The notes under the pieces are model-generated. The model saw only the letters and a program-made list of their open reading frames with translations, made no database searches and was not told the DNA's origin. Source: Xylographa opegraphella (taxonomy: Eukaryota). Taken from it: a DNA stretch of 64,000 nt. Made by a program: the position numbers and the translations under genes. Where the stretch lies: NCBI GenBank assembly GCA_022813865.1, contig JALDZX010000042.1, positions 1 to 64,000 on the forward strand, given 5' to 3'. This document shows positions 24,377-36,911 of this stretch, in pieces (the stretch's first letter is position 1; each line of letters starts with the position of its first letter).

Positions 24377-27300
24377 ATGTATTGGCCTCTTGGTGCACCA
24401 AGAGTATACGCAGCGAGAAAGCTTGCAGTGCCTTCCGCGACCGGAAATGGACAAACAGAGAACCAGGAAGATGAGGAGGAGAAATATAGTGCGTTATTAG
24501 GTCTACGGGTGTCGAGAAATGGACAATATTTTGCAACTATTACAACCACATCGTTGAACATCTGGCAGACTTCGGTAGGTCATACCATGGGCCGAACCAG
24601 CTGATTCTGACTGATTACCAGCCAGTGGTACTTCTCGTGTCAGTGATAAGATCCGCATCATCCCTTCGCACATATGGCGACAATGTCGATGTTTTACTTC
24701 GACCCGATTCATCGGTTGTTGCGGTGCAGACATCGTTCGGTTTCTTGGTCACTTATAATATCACGGTTGACCCGTCTGCCAGAGTCTTTCAGCAGCAGAG
24801 AACCGACGACAAGGCCCCAAAGCGGTCTTCAAGTGGGCGACTTCCTCTGCGGGATCCAATTGCTGGTCAGCGCGAAGTCCTTATCCGGTTTCGCATGATC
24901 ATTAAGATAGATGCAGGAATTGCTAAAGCTCTGGCGCTCGACGAAGAGCTTGTCATAGCGACCGCAAAGCCTGCTGCTATACAATGTATCCGCTGGGTGA
25001 CAGACAACAAGACAAGTCAGACAAGCACAGAGCTGTTGAGCCGTGTGCCCTGGATGAGCAAGAAAAGTGCAGTGGTAGATATTATCCACAATCGAGCAAT
25101 GAGCTTGTTTGTCTGGATCGCCAACGATGGTAAAGCGTATGCAGTACAACGAATGCCCCCTGGAAATGAAAGATTAGATACGCCGAGGAGACTTTTTAGG
25201 GGATATGGATTTCACGTCCAAGAACAAGAAAGTCTATTTGCTGTAAAGGCTTCCATAAATGCCAGGTTCTCCCTACTCGCTGTAGGATGTGCCAATGGTG
25301 AAATCCATATTTATACAGCTCGAGATTATGTTGGCAGCATACCACTCTCACATAAGCTTTCTCCACCAGTATCGCTGTCGACTTGTGGACCCATCACCTT
25401 CTTGAGCTATTCCCCAGATGGATACTGCTTATTTGTGGGTTATGCCAACGGTTGGGTGGTGTGGAGTGTTTATGGCAAGCTGGGAGGGAATAGCTTCGTT
25501 GCTGACAGGTCGATCTCAACGGAGAATAACGACCTATGGCTTTCCGGTACACGCGAGGGAAGCTGGATTGATGGTGGCTCCGGAGTACTCTTTTCGCGTT
25601 ACGACGACTCAAGGCTGTGGTTGTTGGAAATGGTTCGAAGCGTGGTGACAGGTTGCTTTGGACCAGCCAATATCTCACGGATGCTGCTGCATAGTAGCTC
25701 CGCTGTGATGGCCTACCGTGGACACGACCTCTTAGATCTCGTATCAGTCTCGGCTGATTCATCACTATGGCATCAGGCTCAGATCCCAGCAGCCTACCTT
25801 CTGGATCAGCGCCCGATCCGCTTGGCCGTGATCTCACCCGATGGACGATATATAGCTGTGGCGGGCCGACGGGGTCTTGCCCATTACAGCATCAACAGTG
25901 GACGGTGGAAGACTTTCGATGATTCAGATGTGGAAAACTCGTTCGTAGTACGAGGGGGTATGTGCTGGTACCAACACATACTTATCGTCGCCGTAGAATC
26001 TGGTGAGCACCATGAAGTCTGCGCCACCCCTTTTCTTTCTGTTGCCGTCACTTACTAACTAGCTACAGCTACGGCTCTACTCGAGAGAGCACGGATTGAA
26101 TGACTCCTCTTTGGTCTTCGTTGAACGCCTCAGTTCTCCGATAGTATTCCTCACGCCCACAGGGGAGAACTCGTTACTGGTCTATACGTCGGAGAACGAT
26201 CTGTACCACTATATCATTTCGGCGTCCGATTCGGGTATTCACCTTGTCCAGGTCGGTCAGATTGGTCTTCATGGAATCGTCCGAGCTCCTGCTCGAGTAC
26301 GTGCCGTGACATGGTATATTCCGGAACACCAACTCTGTATGTAGTTATTCCTACCAAAGTGGGCGCTACTGACACGAAATAGTGGATGGTGATCCTTCAC
26401 AAGATGTCGTTCATGCATCCGTTCTCTTCCTTGTGGATGCAAAACTGGTCCTGTTACAACCAACTACAGACGACGAAGGCAAGTTGAAGTACGACATGCG
26501 CATCATCGCCAGCAATGTCGAATACTTTGCTTTCATTCGGGACCAGGGCTTGAGCCGCAACACCCCGGAAACGCCTTTGCCATTGTCAGCAGTGGAAGAT
26601 AACGGCTCGGATGATTTCCGAACGGACGCCACCCTGCTCGATTCTCTGTGGTACTTCAACGGCAGCAGCATCCAGTGCTGGCCCGACGTGCAAGATCTTC
26701 TCAAATCAGCTTCCGCGGAAGACCACAAGGACCTGCCCTCCCCGGTCTCCATCCCAGTCGACTTTTACCCCACGGCCATCGCGCTCCGCAGCGGAGTCAT
26801 CATCGGCATCGACCCCGAGCTCGTCCAGCGCCGCGACGCACACTTCGCCTTCTTCCGCCTATCCATCAGAGTAAATCCCCCCCCCCCATATTCCCCAGCC
26901 TCCCCATAATACACTCCCACTAACCGCCCTCCCCCGCCCCACCAGACCCAACTCTTCCTGCCCCCCCTCCTCCGCCACCACCTCGCGCAGCACGACAGCC
27001 CCTCCGCCCTCTCGCTCGCGCACGCCTACCGCCCCCTCCCCTACCTCGCGCACGCGCTCGAAATCCTCCTGCACTCCGTCCTCGACGACGAAGTCGACCA
27101 CCCCCCCTCCCCACCCAACACCGCCCTCCTCCCCACCGTCCTCGCCTTCCTCGCCCCCTTCCCCGCCTACCTCGACATCCTCGTCCAATGCACCCGCAAA
27201 ACAGAGCTCCGCTCCTGGCGCACCCTCTTCGCGCATCTGCCTCCGCCGCGCGACTTGTTCGAGGACGCCCTTCAGCGGGGTATGCTCAAGACCGCGGGCG

Positions 27301-27695
27301 GCTATTTGCTCGTGCTGCATACTTTTGACGAGGAGGGTGAGGAGGGTGTGGGTGTGGGTGCGGAGCAGTGTGTTCGGCTGCTGAGGAGGGCGAGGGATCG
27401 GGGGGAGTGGGAGCTTTGTAAGGAGCTTGCGAGGTTTTTGATGGCCCTCGATGGGGAGGGGCGCCGGTTGAGGGATGCGATGGCGAAGTTGGGCTTTGGG
27501 GCTGCTGGGATGGGGGAGGTCGTGCGGCTGAGGGCGTTGGGGACGGAGGACGGGAGGGGGGTGGGTGAGCGGAGTTGGAGTGCGAGTGGGAGTGGGGCCA
27601 GTGGGGAAAGCGGAGGTGGAGGTGAGGATTATTTCTCCGCGAGGGGGGGTGAGATGTTAAATGCGCCGAAGGAGGGGTGGGGTTCTACTAGCTAG
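24377..27695 (+). CDS. RIC1: RIC1, Ypt6/Rab6 GEF subunit (WD40 + RIC1 domain)
   Basis: MYWPLGAPRVY start; IAVAGRRGLAHYS, VDFYP, VQCTRKTELRSW, LKTAGGYLLVL and WELCKELARFL; about four introns. Confidence 0.93.
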
Positions 27696-28164
27696 GGGGT
27701 TGGCGCGAGTATGGATAGCTATGAATGAGGGTATATCTCTATCTATCTATCGAGCCTGGCTGTTGCGGAGTAAAGCGGCGCGGTGTCGGTGATGATGCTC
27801 GTGTGTATGTGTGCATGTGTCTCCATGATGCGTACCTGACTTAGACTCCAAAACTCAAGACGCAAAAGCAGCACGAATGCCGAAGATCGGAAAGAAAGTT
27901 GTTCTTTCAGAAGCTCGCTCGCGCTGAGATGTCGATTATAGTGTATTATATTTATTATAACAACTCCAACTCTGGAACCGAACACCGCGCAGCAGGCAGC
28001 GGAAGAAGAGAAGGGGAGAAGGACATCCTCTCTCGCCGTCTTCGAGGACCGCTCTTTTTGTTAATTTTCCCCTCATGCTTGGAAATAACCGCCCCCCAGT
28101 ACGCCCATTGATGATTTCCACATGTTTGCTTCGATTACTCCCACCCCCACTTCCCCCTTCCAAG

Positions 28165-29064
28165 CTATCCCACCGACCCAAGCGAATACCTCGCCCCGAC
28201 ACTCCTCCTCCCCAACCCATCCACCCCATAAATAACCACCTCCTCCACGCCCTTCCCTCCAATCCCCACCCCCCCCTCCTCCCCGTCCCCAAACGCATAT
28301 ACCATCCCCCCCACCAACCCCCCCTCCGCCTCCCACTCACTACTCCCCCAGCTCCGACTGCTCCCCGCACTACTCGCCTTCCTGCTCCCGGCCACACTGC
28401 GTCCACTGCGCGGCGTGCTGCTCCACTCGCTCGCGCCCCTTCCCGCCGGCCGCGTCGGCTTCCAGTACTCGCTGACGGCGCGCCCGCCTGCGACGACGAG
28501 GCTGCCGCTGTCTTTGAGCACCACGGAGGCGCAGCGCAGTTTGCGCGCGAAGGTGGCGGAGAGGCTTTTGGTGTGCGAGCGGGGGTGGCTGCGGCTGGTG
28601 GTGGTGGTGGTGGTGGTGGTGGGGGAGAGGGGAAGGCGGGTGTAGGGAGGGGGGCGGGTCGGGCTGGAGGGGGCGGTGAGGGAGGCGGGGCGGAGGAAGG
28701 GGTCTGTTTTTGGGTGTTAATGGGTGGGATATGGTAGGGAGGAGGGGGGAGGTACCTAGGTAGGCGGAGTCGCAGTCGTGGGGGTGGGGGTTGAGGCAGA
28801 AGGGGTTGCGGGTGTCTGGGAGGGGTTAGGAATTGGTTGGAGAGCGGGAGCGGGTGTGTACGTACTGCTGGAGCTGGTATAAGATGCTCGCTTGGTGGAT
28901 TCAGATGCGGAGACTCCTTCCCTTGCGTCACAGCTGTCGTTGGGAGCAGAGAAGGAACCACGGCATCGTTCCCATGAGTCGTCCGCCTGGCAGCATGAAG
29001 GGAAGGCTTCGTCACTGCCGTATACTGCGCTGTGTGCCATCATTGTGTTCGCGAGGTGTTGCAT
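28165..29064 (-). CDS. Hypothetical low-complexity protein (probably two introns)
   Basis: MQHLANT.. exon, GTACGT..CTAAC..CAG intron near 28817-28865, NPFCLNPHPHDCD exon, second intron ~28704-28755, final exon in the frame of ORF 28165..28524; model tentative. Confidence 0.45.
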
Positions 29065-29208
29065 GATGACTCGATTATGTGGGAAATGGAAGATGGAGTG
29101 TGCTGAAGTGTGCTGAAGCATGAAAGCAAAACAGCAGACGGGGGCAGAATATGAAGCACGTTTATGCTTTCGACCCTGTGCTCTCGTCATCAAGCCCCCA
29201 TTCGGCCA

Positions 29209-30690
29209 TCACCTACTCAAGGGCATTTTCTCCCGGAGCTCGAGCTTCGCGTTCATGCCGACGATGCAGCGCACGAGATCCCAGTTCCCGTTGTTCCCCA
29301 CCCAATCGCACACTACGATGCCCGTGCAACCATCGCCGACCTTTTTGCCCTGGTCCGAGGAATTATGCTTCCGGCACAGGTAATCCACAATCGCCGGATT
29401 GAGCTTGGCAGCGATCCGCTCAGGCCAGCATCCCACATTCCAGAAGTTACTAGCACTCAAGAAATTGAGGTAGATCGGTTGCCTTCCGGACGGCCCGCCG
29501 GCGCCCATGGTCGGCAAGGCGCACACGCAAGCCGCCGATCGGTCGAGTTGGTCCTCGCAGTAGGTAATCTTCTTGTCGATGTTCTCGGTGTCCAGCACTT
29601 CGTAGAAGTCTTGCACGCAGATATCTCCGCTTGGACAGGTACCGTTGGGTGTGTTGTCCGCCCAAGTCTCAGCGTTGATACCCCATCCGGCACCATTCCA
29701 TTCTTGCTTCAAGCTTTCGTCCAGTCCAAACCTTCGGAGCAGTATGATCTTACGTCTTGCTTCACCCAAAGTGGGGATGTGTGGCGCAGTGTACCACCGA
29801 TCAGTGTCTCCTGCGTAATGCGTTTTCAGGATACGGCTTAATTGAGCGTCAGTGGAGTTTCCCGTTCCTTCCCGCTTCAATGACATTACGACGGTTTCGC
29901 TAGGGTTCCTGTCTAAGAAGTCGTAAATACGATTGACAAGATCGCCGAAGTATTTGCTCCCGGTCAGAGCAATAGGAAACACACTATGAACAAGAACAAG
30001 ACTATCTTTAGATGTGTCCTGCGGGCTTCCAGGCTGAACTCTGATGTCGAAAAAGCGAACCCCGTTTTCGAGCTGCACTTGCGGAGACACGGCTTGGCAT
30101 CTGACCGAGGGCAGAGCACGATGGCACGCTGGAGAGTTGTGTGTACCAGGTATGGAGAGCGCAGAGAGTGGCGTTTCGTCTTTGAGCTCTCGCATCCATG
30201 CCTGGAGGTTAGCAGACGAGAAAAGGGTCAGATGCGATTGTTGAGTATGGTAGACCGCCGTGTAGTTGAATCGTGGATTCGGCGTCAATGGCGTCAGGGT
30301 CGTAGAGCTGTATGTCGAACATGGAATGTCCAATCGATACCTCTCGCCGTCATTCTCGAATGTGAGCCGAAGTGTCTCCCTGGCCGATACCTTGGGAGGC
30401 CGGATATCGGTCTTGATGGTTGCAAAAGCGTCAACGCGAATGGATACATCATCGTGTGTGAAAACATCGGCATGTTCCGCCAATTGGGCAGGCGTAGGTG
30501 GAGCGGAACTGCTCGAACTATTTGGAATACGCCATAAGCTCGTGATATTCTTTGTGATGTAAGAAACGCCCACAGCGGAGTCGGCGGCGGCAGGCGCCCC
30601 AAAGCGTTCCAAGATCTTGAGCTCGATTGGCGTCGAACTAAGATTCCTGATGGTCAAAGGCTCAATTGCCATCACGGGCAAGCCAGACAT
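29209..30690 (-). CDS. Phosphatidylinositol-specific phospholipase C (PI-PLC X domain, bacterial-type catalytic domain), intronless
   Basis: LSALSIPGTHNS, CQ....QLENGVRFFDIR, PSETVVMSLKREG, IPTLGEARRKIILLRRF, CVQDFYEV and GIVVCDW. Confidence 0.92.
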   Translation of the reverse strand: MSGLPVMAIEPLTIRNLSSTPIELKILERFGAPAAADSAVGVSYITKNITSLWRIPNSSSSSAPPTPAQLAEHADVFTHDDVSIRVDAFATIKTDIRPPKVSARETLRLTFENDGERYRLDIPCSTYSSTTLTPLTPNPRFNYTAVYHTQQSHLTLFSSANLQAWMRELKDETPLSALSIPGTHNSPACHRALPSVRCQAVSPQVQLENGVRFFDIRVQPGSPQDTSKDSLVLVHSVFPIALTGSKYFGDLVNRIYDFLDRNPSETVVMSLKREGTGNSTDAQLSRILKTHYAGDTDRWYTAPHIPTLGEARRKIILLRRFGLDESLKQEWNGAGWGINAETWADNTPNGTCPSGDICVQDFYEVLDTENIDKKITYCEDQLDRSAACVCALPTMGAGGPSGRQPIYLNFLSASNFWNVGCWPERIAAKLNPAIVDYLCRKHNSSDQGKKVGDGCTGIVVCDWVGNNGNWDLVRCIVGMNAKLELREKMPLSR

Positions 30691-31568
30691 GTCTGGTCTC
30701 TATACGGCAAGAGTGATGAGAAAAGAACAAAGTTGAAGTGCAAAAATGGAGAGTGCGAGAGATACAAGCGAGCATCGGCAAAGTTGGAATCTGGACAAGA
30801 TCTTGCAACAGTCACATATCTTCGGTCAGATTCCTCGCCTCGTGAACGCATCGATCGTGGACAGACACATCGATCCATCGTCGCCGAACCAGAAGGTTGT
30901 GGCTTTCACATCCGTGGTCGAGGAGGCTGCTAGGTACTAGGATGTGAAAACTCTCGAGAGCGCTCAGACCATCAGTCATGTACGGCACAATTCACTACGA
31001 CATGCACCACGACACGAATCATCGGAATCTCTTCATTGAAGTATCTTTCCGGACTATGCCCTCCAAGCCATTACCAGTCCCGTGCAATAAAGCCACGTCA
31101 GCTAAAATAAACAGTTTGTTGAGACAGCCAGCCCGAGCACCCACCAGCCCTCACACGACCGTACGCATGAAAAACGAATGCCAGACTTGCAGGAGGCAGA
31201 CTTGCACGGGCTGGGTTCCGCGAGCCGCTGAACATGCTGAAAGCAAATTGTGTTTGAAGGGGTTGGTGGTCCGAGTCGCTTTTCTTTTGTGGTCGCAGGG
31301 TCCCTTGCTGTGGAGTAGTGTTTCTGGCTGCAGTATGCTTTTGCTTCTAGTAGCCCGCGATGGCGGTATCGAACAACCACCAACAACAGAGATGAGATCG
31401 AGCTCAGTCAGCCAGTGTGCTTGGCGACAGCAAAAGGAGACCTCCGCAGAGCCCATAATGTATACGCAGCAGCCCGCTCCATTGTACCCTTCCCCAAATA
31501 TATCTATCGCCATGCCCACTCCTCCTGACCCTTTCTGCGGAGTTGCCTGATCTTGCTCGGTCCACGCA

Positions 31569-33909
31569 TTACCGAACCCCACCCCAGCTCCGGATCGCCA
31601 TCCCACAGACTCTTTGCACGACTGTGGTGGTCCCTTTGCCAGCCGCTTCCCCTTCCACAAATCTCCTGGCGACACTGAGCTTTGCTCGAGGGTCTTGCTC
31701 ATCGTTGCTGATTTCCTCCGCTCTGTCGCCCACGCCCTTTCCTCCCTCCGCCATCCGTTGCCCGATGTGTCTGGCGATGGCGATACTGTAGATCACATCG
31801 CGATTCTCACGACTGTCCAGCAGGTGCCGACACTGCGAGAGGGTGTCGTCAATCTCGTTTGCAGATGCAGCTTCGTCGTCACGGAGGGTGAGGAAGCGTG
31901 CGATGAGCCGCCAGAATTCGCGCTCGCGGGTCTTGAGCTGGTCATCGAGTCCGTTGCGACTGCCGGATGTAGTGCTTGGCGGCAGCGGTTCGTTGTCGAG
32001 GTACTGATTCGTGATGAGGGTCTCGAAGATTTCCAGACGTTTCGCAGCGTCATGGACCCCCTCGTTCACTTCAATGTAGTTGTTCTGTCCATTCGTCGAG
32101 TGTGCAGCAGCAGATACTTGGCGGCAGAGAAGCATGGTGGACCAGATCACATGTGCTTCGATACTCTGCGTGATGGCATGTTCTCGATAATTCGGGGGTT
32201 GGGTGATGGGCATGGTGACGCGTTGGAGCAGGGTGTTGTACTGTTCGCACAAGTTGGTGTCCGCGAGAAGATGTGGTAAGCCACGAGTGGTGAACCATCG
32301 GGTCTCGAAGAATTTGTCGATCGCGGTCGCGTATGCGGTCGAGTAGAGGCTTTTCAATTCATCGATGGCCGAGGGTGGGATCGACGTCGACGGTTTGACG
32401 TCCGGAGGAGGATATCCGCCCACATCGAGCAGGTCTTGGATCTTCGTCGGCTTGGCTGGAAGAGTGTACACCGATCAGCATGAAAAAGGTACTTGCGCGG
32501 TCCACGAGCCGGCACGGGCATCCACCGCGGGGACGTATTCGTTTGGGGTTGCAGGTACGTACCTCCGAGTTTTGCTTCATGCGTTCCATCGTACAGGGAC
32601 GAGTGCACCTGGGCTTGTGATGTTCCTGTCCCTTCCAAGGCCGGATCGATGGCCGCACTGTAGTCGTACGGCTCCACCGACGACACCGGCGAGGTCACCC
32701 CGGCCGTCAAGCTCGGGGCGTACGGCTGACTGCCCGCGGGCATGTAGCCCTGAGGCGGTGGAGGATAGGGCGAGGCGGTGGCAGGATGTGGTTGCATCGA
32801 CGGCGCCGAACTCGGGGCAGGCTGGATGGCTGCAGGCCCGGGCTGCGATTTGAAGATCGGATCGTACCCAAGGCACTCTCGCTTCGACTTGACACAGTTG
32901 CGACAGGTCGGATGCGCTTCGTCGCACTACTCGCACGCGCACGATGAGATCAGCACACGATCGTGAATGGAGGGGGAGGAAGTTTTGCCTCTGGGGCCGT
33001 GTCGCGACACGAGGATTCAACACCGAGGGAGAAAAAGGTGGAAGACTCGCTTCGAACGGGGGGGCCTTAACCGACAGCCATCTCGGTAAGAAAGCCCAAC
33101 TTCACCTCATCAAAACGCATGGAAAAAGCATTCGAATGCGCATCGGATGCGAGGGCACAACGAGTCGAGACAATGGGTTCGCATACCTTTATCCGTCGCT
33201 TTCGACACGTCAGACAGCCGGTCTTGGTCCTCCGCTTGATGTCCTTCTTGGTGCGCCCGCCGGGCATCATCCTGTTGTCCGAGGCGGGCAGAGGGTATCG
33301 AAGAGGCTGGTTGGGATCGGAGGTCACACTCATATGCGGTGGAGGGGGTGCCAGCGTCTGCTGTGGGCTGGAGTAATACTGGCTCAGCGGCGGTGCGAGC
33401 GGAGAACCCATCGCGTTCTGCCCACTGGTCGGCAGGCCGTGGTGCTGGAGGTGCTGGTGCTGGTGCTGGAGCTGGAGCTGGTGCTGATGCTGCTGCTGTT
33501 GCTGCTGTTGCTGCTGCTGCTGCACCTGCAACTGATGCTGGATGGCAGACGATGGCTGCGATGCTTGCGCTGGCAGCTGTTGCTGTTGCGGTGGCGGTTG
33601 CGGCTGCTGTTGCTGCTGTTGCTGCTGTTGCTGCTGCTGCTGTTGTTGTTGTTGCTGCTGCTGCTGTTGCTGTTGCTGCTGGATGGATGGCGAGCGGCCG
33701 TCGAGGTTGCGGATGGGAGGCAGATTGAGGGAGGGCAAAGACACGTGGGAAGCGGTGGGCGATACACGGTAAGGCTCGGCATTCTGGCCCGAGCCTGAGG
33801 TGGGCGGCGGATACGCGTAGGCGGCCATGGAGGGCGACGGGTACGAACGAGGTGAAGGATACGACGGTGCTGGCGGACGCGACGGGGGATTCGAGCTTTG
33901 CTGTGCCAT
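31569..33909 (-). CDS. Zn(II)2Cys6 transcription factor with poly-Q tract
   Basis: RTKTGCLTCRKRRIK|CDEAHPTCRNCVKSKRECLGY after removing intron 32927-33186; second intron 32456-32562. Confidence 0.92.
33460..33681 (-). repeat. CAG/CAA trinucleotide repeats encoding poly-Q and QH runs
   Basis: Run of ~25 Gln plus a second ~11-Gln run in ORF 33067..33909. Confidence 0.95.
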
Positions 33910-36852
33910 TCAGCTCAAATACCTTTCTCACTGTTCTTCGGCCGACGCGGCGAGCGGTGAGATTTCGGCTCGCTGGCTGGATCGCTGGCTGGTGCTTTTG
34001 CTTTCGACTTCGAGGGGGCCCCCGCAAGCGAGAATGCAGAGACGCTCCCAAGCTTGTGGCCGCCGGAACACGATTGCTAGGGGGCGTTGGGGGGGGGTAC
34101 TAGGATGGCGAGGAGGAATATGGACCAGTCGCAAGTCTGATCTACCGTGCAGCTGTCTTCCAAGCTACTACCTTTTGTATCACCGGCCACCTATATGCGC
34201 CGTACCTTCTTGTTAACTCAGTCGTGAAGTCCCGGGCGCGGCCATCTCTTGGCTTTGCTGGCCCGACTCTAATAAGCGAAACAGGCGGAAGGCCTTTTGG
34301 GCTGCTTGAAGGCTGCGTGTACGGAAGGTGAAACAACGAGACGCGGGTGAAAGTGGGGGCATTGGAGGGATTGGAGAGATGGGATCATTTACCTGAGAGA
34401 GAGAGAGACTTGAAGCTGCCCACGATCACGACCGTGATTAATTCCGACTCCGTGTAATAGTCTTCGTAGTCTTCGCAATGTTCACGCGAGCTTCTCGATA
34501 TCTGTTGAACCTCTCCCTCCCCCCTGCTCGGTCGGAGAAGTCGCTTCGTTAACCGACACCGCAACTTTGGTTGGAGGAGGGCAAATCTACTACGTTAGCG
34601 ACAAGATCCAAGCTTCACTGATATGTTTCCCTTTCACGGCAGACACAGCGCAACGCAATGCGCGTCACGAATAGGTGGATGCGAGAGAAAGGGAATGAAT
34701 AATTGGCAGGCAGGAATGCAAGACGAGGGTCGGAATGTGGAAAGAGAGTCAGTGGTTAAGATTTGATGGGCGAAAAGGGCCTGGTCCGTGCCTCCAATAA
34801 TGGACCAGACTTCCAGCGCGCCAATCTCGATCTCTTCCCTCCGCGCCTTTGGCCTGGCTTTTGCTGATTTCTGCCCAATTGAGGTCTTGGTCTGCCCGGT
34901 CAGTGGTCGGGACGGATGGATGAAGCTGGTGTAGATGATGGCCAAGGGAAAGTTATCATTGCTTTCGTGGCCATCTCATTGTTGCTTCGAGCGACATCCC
35001 CCGATGCTGATTCGCCTTGCATTTCTACAACCCGGTCTTTTACCATACCCTGGAGGAGGGTGACCGTCGACATTATTGACCAGCTGACCCCCAAAAGCCC
35101 CGCAGCTGTAAATGGGAAGTCGGCAGGGAGAGAAACGAGGAACAGCTCAGGAAAAGCTTCTCACGCCGGCCTCGCGCGCGCATGAGTGGCCTTTCTCAAC
35201 GGTCGAACATGGCAAGCAGATCTTCCGATCTCGCCAGACCACGGCTTCAATAGGTGCGCGTATCAAAATAACACATGAACCGCAGGAACGTACCTTCGAC
35301 AGGCCTTCTAGCGGTCTTCCAGCCAGCTCGTCGCCGCGTCGCTTGTTACCGTCGCTTGTACGGAGTAGCTCTGCTGGCCCAAAGTGCGTTAGGGCTGGTG
35401 GAAGGTCGGTGTTGGATCACCGACTCGGGATGTTTGCTGACTGGATCCTCACCCCGTCAGCGAGGACGCCTTGGCCGGCAAAGGGAAAAATATTCACGAT
35501 CGCCTGCGGTGTGGATCTGAAACGCTCCTCTCAGTTGTCGGCGTATGCTGGGCCTGCTCGATGGCGTCTGGGAGCGTGATGTGGCAGGACGGTGAGATCA
35601 TGCTGAAGGGTCGTCAATCATAGCGGCGGTGGGGTCCCTCCAGTCCTCTTACCGGCATCATCTATCCTCGAGCCAAGTGGGGACCCGTCAGAGGAAGAAA
35701 CCAAGCAGCTGCGGCGGAGTGAAGGGCCCCAGGAGCATACAACACACATCTCCACACGTCGGTCTCAGTCGGTCTCTCCTCTGCTCTGTCGAGCAGGTTG
35801 CCATTGGCTCGTGAGGATCGGCCATTTGATGCGAAATGAGGCTCCCTCCTTATGACCCCGACCAGAAAGCCCTCCATCACATCGAACACGGCCGCCAGCA
35901 CCCATCTACCTGTCAAGCACGACTCAGACGCAAGCCGCCTTTTTTCCTCTACGGCAAGCATCGGAAACGCTGGATGCAACGACGCTTGGCTTGGGCAGTG
36001 TGTAACGCGTATGGACTACGGACAGGAGATGACATCTGCAGTACGAGCGATGCAATGTAAGGACGAGACATACGCCCTGCACGCCTTCCCATTCGTTCTC
36101 TTCCCACGCCCAACCATGGACAGGGATATACCGCGATGCACTGCTTGATGAATGACATCTCGGCACCACGGCTCTTCCGGTGGGCGCTGTTGGGTTACGA
36201 AGGTGGGGGGGGAGAGTCACACAAGCTATTGTTTTGGCAGAACTGGTCCAACCAATGGTCGGACCGCCGCTTAAGTGCTGATCAGCGTCAAGAACGTGGA
36301 CCCCGACGCCGTGTCGATCATCAATCGTTTGATCCCGCTGCACCTAGCCGAGCGAAGTCGGCGGACGAGTGTCGTACAGGACCCTCCGTCGTCCCGCCAT
36401 TGAACAAAGCTGCTCCCGCTTCCCAGGGGGGACTTGGACCCCATGTATCTTCCCACCAAGCACCGGGGACGGAAATACCTTCGACGGATGTACTTGACCA
36501 TCGTGGTTGCCTGGGTGCTCCTCCACAAACAACCCGCTGGTGCATTCGAGGTGGTACATGCACTACCAGGCCGTTCTACAGCAAAAAGGCAACTACCATC
36601 TCACCGCGGCCACGGCTCTAGGCCCTTTTCTTTTCCGTTGTTCGATATCGAATGACTACGAGGCAGCTAACTGATGTTGGGGTCTGGGGAACCTTGCAGC
36701 CGATCAAACGTTCCAGTCTCGCGACACAAGCGAGATGCCAGCTCGGACTGCCCCCGAGAGAGCTCGCCTACGCTTCAGGGACCAGGGCAAGGCTTGTTCA
36801 CGGCATTAAGGTAGCCGCTAGAGTAACGCGAAAAAGTCTCTCTCTCTCTCAC

Positions 36853-36905
36853 ATGCTCATGCTCATGCTTATGCTCACGCTCATGCTCACGGTTATGCTC
36901 ACGCT
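36853..36905. repeat. Hexamer microsatellite (ATGCTC)n downstream of the CWF19 stop
   Basis: catgctcatgctcatgcttatgctcacgctcatgctcacgg... Confidence 0.8.
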
Positions 36906-36911
36906 CTTTTC

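Noticed and set aside
33110..34051. Poly-Ala, poly-Cys, poly-Leu and poly-Ser ORFs
   Set aside because: Alternative-frame and antisense readings of the CAG/CAA poly-Q tract
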